Assembly: GCA_020536535.1 (NCBI GenBank)
Contig: JAHLWZ010000813.1
Location: 54,158-118,157 of the forward strand
Direction: 5' to 3'
Length of the DNA: 64,000 bases
DNA from: Pelomyxa schiedti
Taxonomy: Eukaryota > Protista > Evosea
Position 1 is the stretch's first letter. Every line of letters begins with the position of its first letter. A program made the position numbers and the translations under genes. Below the pieces are notes generated by a model, which was not told the DNA's origin, made no database searches, and was given only the letters and a program-made list of their open reading frames with translations. Of this stretch, positions 62,186-64,000 are shown piece by piece.

Positions 62186-62919
62186 GAGGTTCGCACAAGT
62201 ATTTTGATATCAGATTAACCGTAAGAAAGCAGGGGAAACAGCAGTGAGGTGTTGTCAGCCGACATAGCCGACAACTGGAGAAAGACAGCAAATTCTCATA
62301 CAGTCTCAAAAATTGAGATTCTTTGGACTTTGGTACACAGAAATCTATTCGGAAAGGAATTTTCTTCAATAGCAGAACCTGGGGATCCAGTTTCGTTGTG
62401 CTGTTGCAAAAGGGGATCATGTGACTGGGCCACCACCACTGCCGTGTGTCATCTGAAGCATTACGACAGCAGAAAAATCGAGTTTGTCGTGAGGATGGCA
62501 GAGGTCTTCCATCCATGGGGACTGCAAAGCATGATGAATTCTGACTGACTGTGTGATTTAGGGTTCCACCATCATTCATCATCTCATAACCACCACCAAA
62601 GCCAAGCAAGCCCATAGTGTCACTCCACTCACAGAGGCCAAACAACAACAAGTTCAAGCAACAACAAACAAACTCTCCTCTTTTGTTGGGGGATGGTCTA
62701 CACTATTATTTTTATACCCCCACCGAAAAGCGGTACATAAAATGTACCGCTTTTCGGTGGTTTCCTTGTTTGTTGGTAATGGAGGGCTGCATGCATCTCT
62801 GTGTGAGATTCCCAACAACTAAGACAACATTCTGCTTGTTAGTTGCACAGATCTGGGAGTTATGATCCATGGTTGTACTCTTATCAAACAATATCTTCCA
62901 GGCGATGGTTGACAGCAAA

Positions 62920-63920
62920 CGTGATCCCAAAATGCTCCGCAGGGAATTCTACATGAGGGGGCAGGGAACAGATCCAGACCCTTCTCTGGTGAAGCAAGAC
63001 CATACATTTTATGCATCAACTCAGAAAATAAACTCTGCTCTTCAGTGACGAAACAACAACTTTTTTTCAGCTGTTTTCAGCTGGTCATATGACCAAAGAG
63101 CAGCTACCTTGAGCACACCTTCAGTTAATTCGTGCACAATCTTCAATCTTCTCTTTCTGAGTTGATGCATAAAATGTATGGTCTTGCTTCACCAGAGAAG
63201 AGATTACCCCTTGTGGAATTCCAATTTTCAGAAAGAAGCCTTGGTGGAAGAGGATTTGGGGTGTCAAAGGTGTCAAAATGTGAAGCCAATGTCATATTTT
63301 GGGACAATGGTGACTGTGGATATGTGTTAGACCTCGAAACCATCATGCCACAACTTCTTATGCACTACCACATACCACAACAGTTTGCCCATAATCAAAC
63401 AGGTTTTTTGACAATCAATTTAGGAGAATGATACAATCTGGTCCGGGTGCCAGAAAATTGTACTTTTTTTTTCTGGCACCTGTCTGGTTACCACCACTTT
63501 TTGGGTTTCCTCAGTCCCAGTGCCTCCTTTTTCACTGGGAACCAAGGGAAACACTGCTCACAGCTCTGTACTACCTTCTCCTCCTGGTTCAACACGATTT
63601 TGACACCATCCAGACCAGATCCAGAATTTTCTTGTGTTTTTTGGGTAGAGTTGGTTTGACCCCCAATATTGTGCAAAAACCATGCTGGCAATTGTGTTAT
63701 GAATGTGGCTTGGGTGTGGACAAAGACATGAACAAGGCCAACACCCTTTTCCAGGAAGTCAATTGATGTGAGATTCACAGATGCTATCTTCACAGTTGGG
63801 GGATACTTGGAATTTGGTGCTTCATGTGCACAGAAGGATATTGGCAAGGCATATCAACTTTACACGAGGGTTGCTTGCACTGGACATCAAGGGGCTCAGA
63901 AAAAGCTTGGGTTACTGTTG
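62920..63920 (+). pseudogene. Second fragmented Sel1-repeat copy: 5' piece at 62920-62981, 3' piece at about 63690-63920
   Basis: 62931-62981 is nearly identical to 60458-60514 (aatgctccgca..gggaattctacatgagggggcagggaac.gatccagaccc). 63690-63920 encodes frameshifted CYECGLGVDKDMNKA...KDIGKAYQLY..A..GH.GAQ. Confidence 0.65.
62981..63200. repeat. Perfect inverted repeat: 47-bp arms (62981-63027 and 63154-63200), 126-bp spacer
   Basis: cttctctggtgaagcaagaccatacattttatgcatcaactcagaaa and its exact reverse complement. Confidence 0.95.
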
Positions 63921-64000
63921 GGGTTACTTGACGTTTGTGGAGCTTTGAAGTTCAACGCGCCAAGTGATTCCAACAAAAGGAGACTCTCGAAAACAAACCA

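Overview
Gene-dense, intron-rich eukaryotic DNA with about 23 protein-coding loci. Most introns are about 40-60 nt, most genes sit in tight divergent or convergent pairs, and several first exons are very GC-rich. Protein families and gene style resemble an amoebozoan, probably an archamoeba such as Pelomyxa; this is inference only. Housekeeping genes: AFG2B/SPATA5L1 AAA ATPase, TUG/ASPL-like UBX protein, GH31 alpha-glucosidase, NAD kinase, glucosidase I (MOGS), ABCE1, NUS1, RBBP4/MSI1-like, FAM120/Asteroid-like PIN protein, BABAM2. Signalling genes: two RasGEFs, two head-to-head single-pass receptor TKL kinases, a SAM-SAM tyrosine kinase with a ZZ finger, and two single-pass class I cyclic-nucleotide phosphodiesterases (PDEs). 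The main finding is a set of apparent receptor PDEs. One carries the same EGF/EGF/CUB ectodomain as the two receptor kinases, including an intron at the same codon position. The other carries a Cache-like ectodomain. Together they suggest a modular receptor system in which a sensor is wired to either kinase or cAMP/cGMP-hydrolysis output. The last ~4 kb is a decayed Sel1-repeat locus with gene fragments and two fold-back inverted repeats. Exon structures were inferred by eye, so CDS spans include introns and some start codons are approximate.
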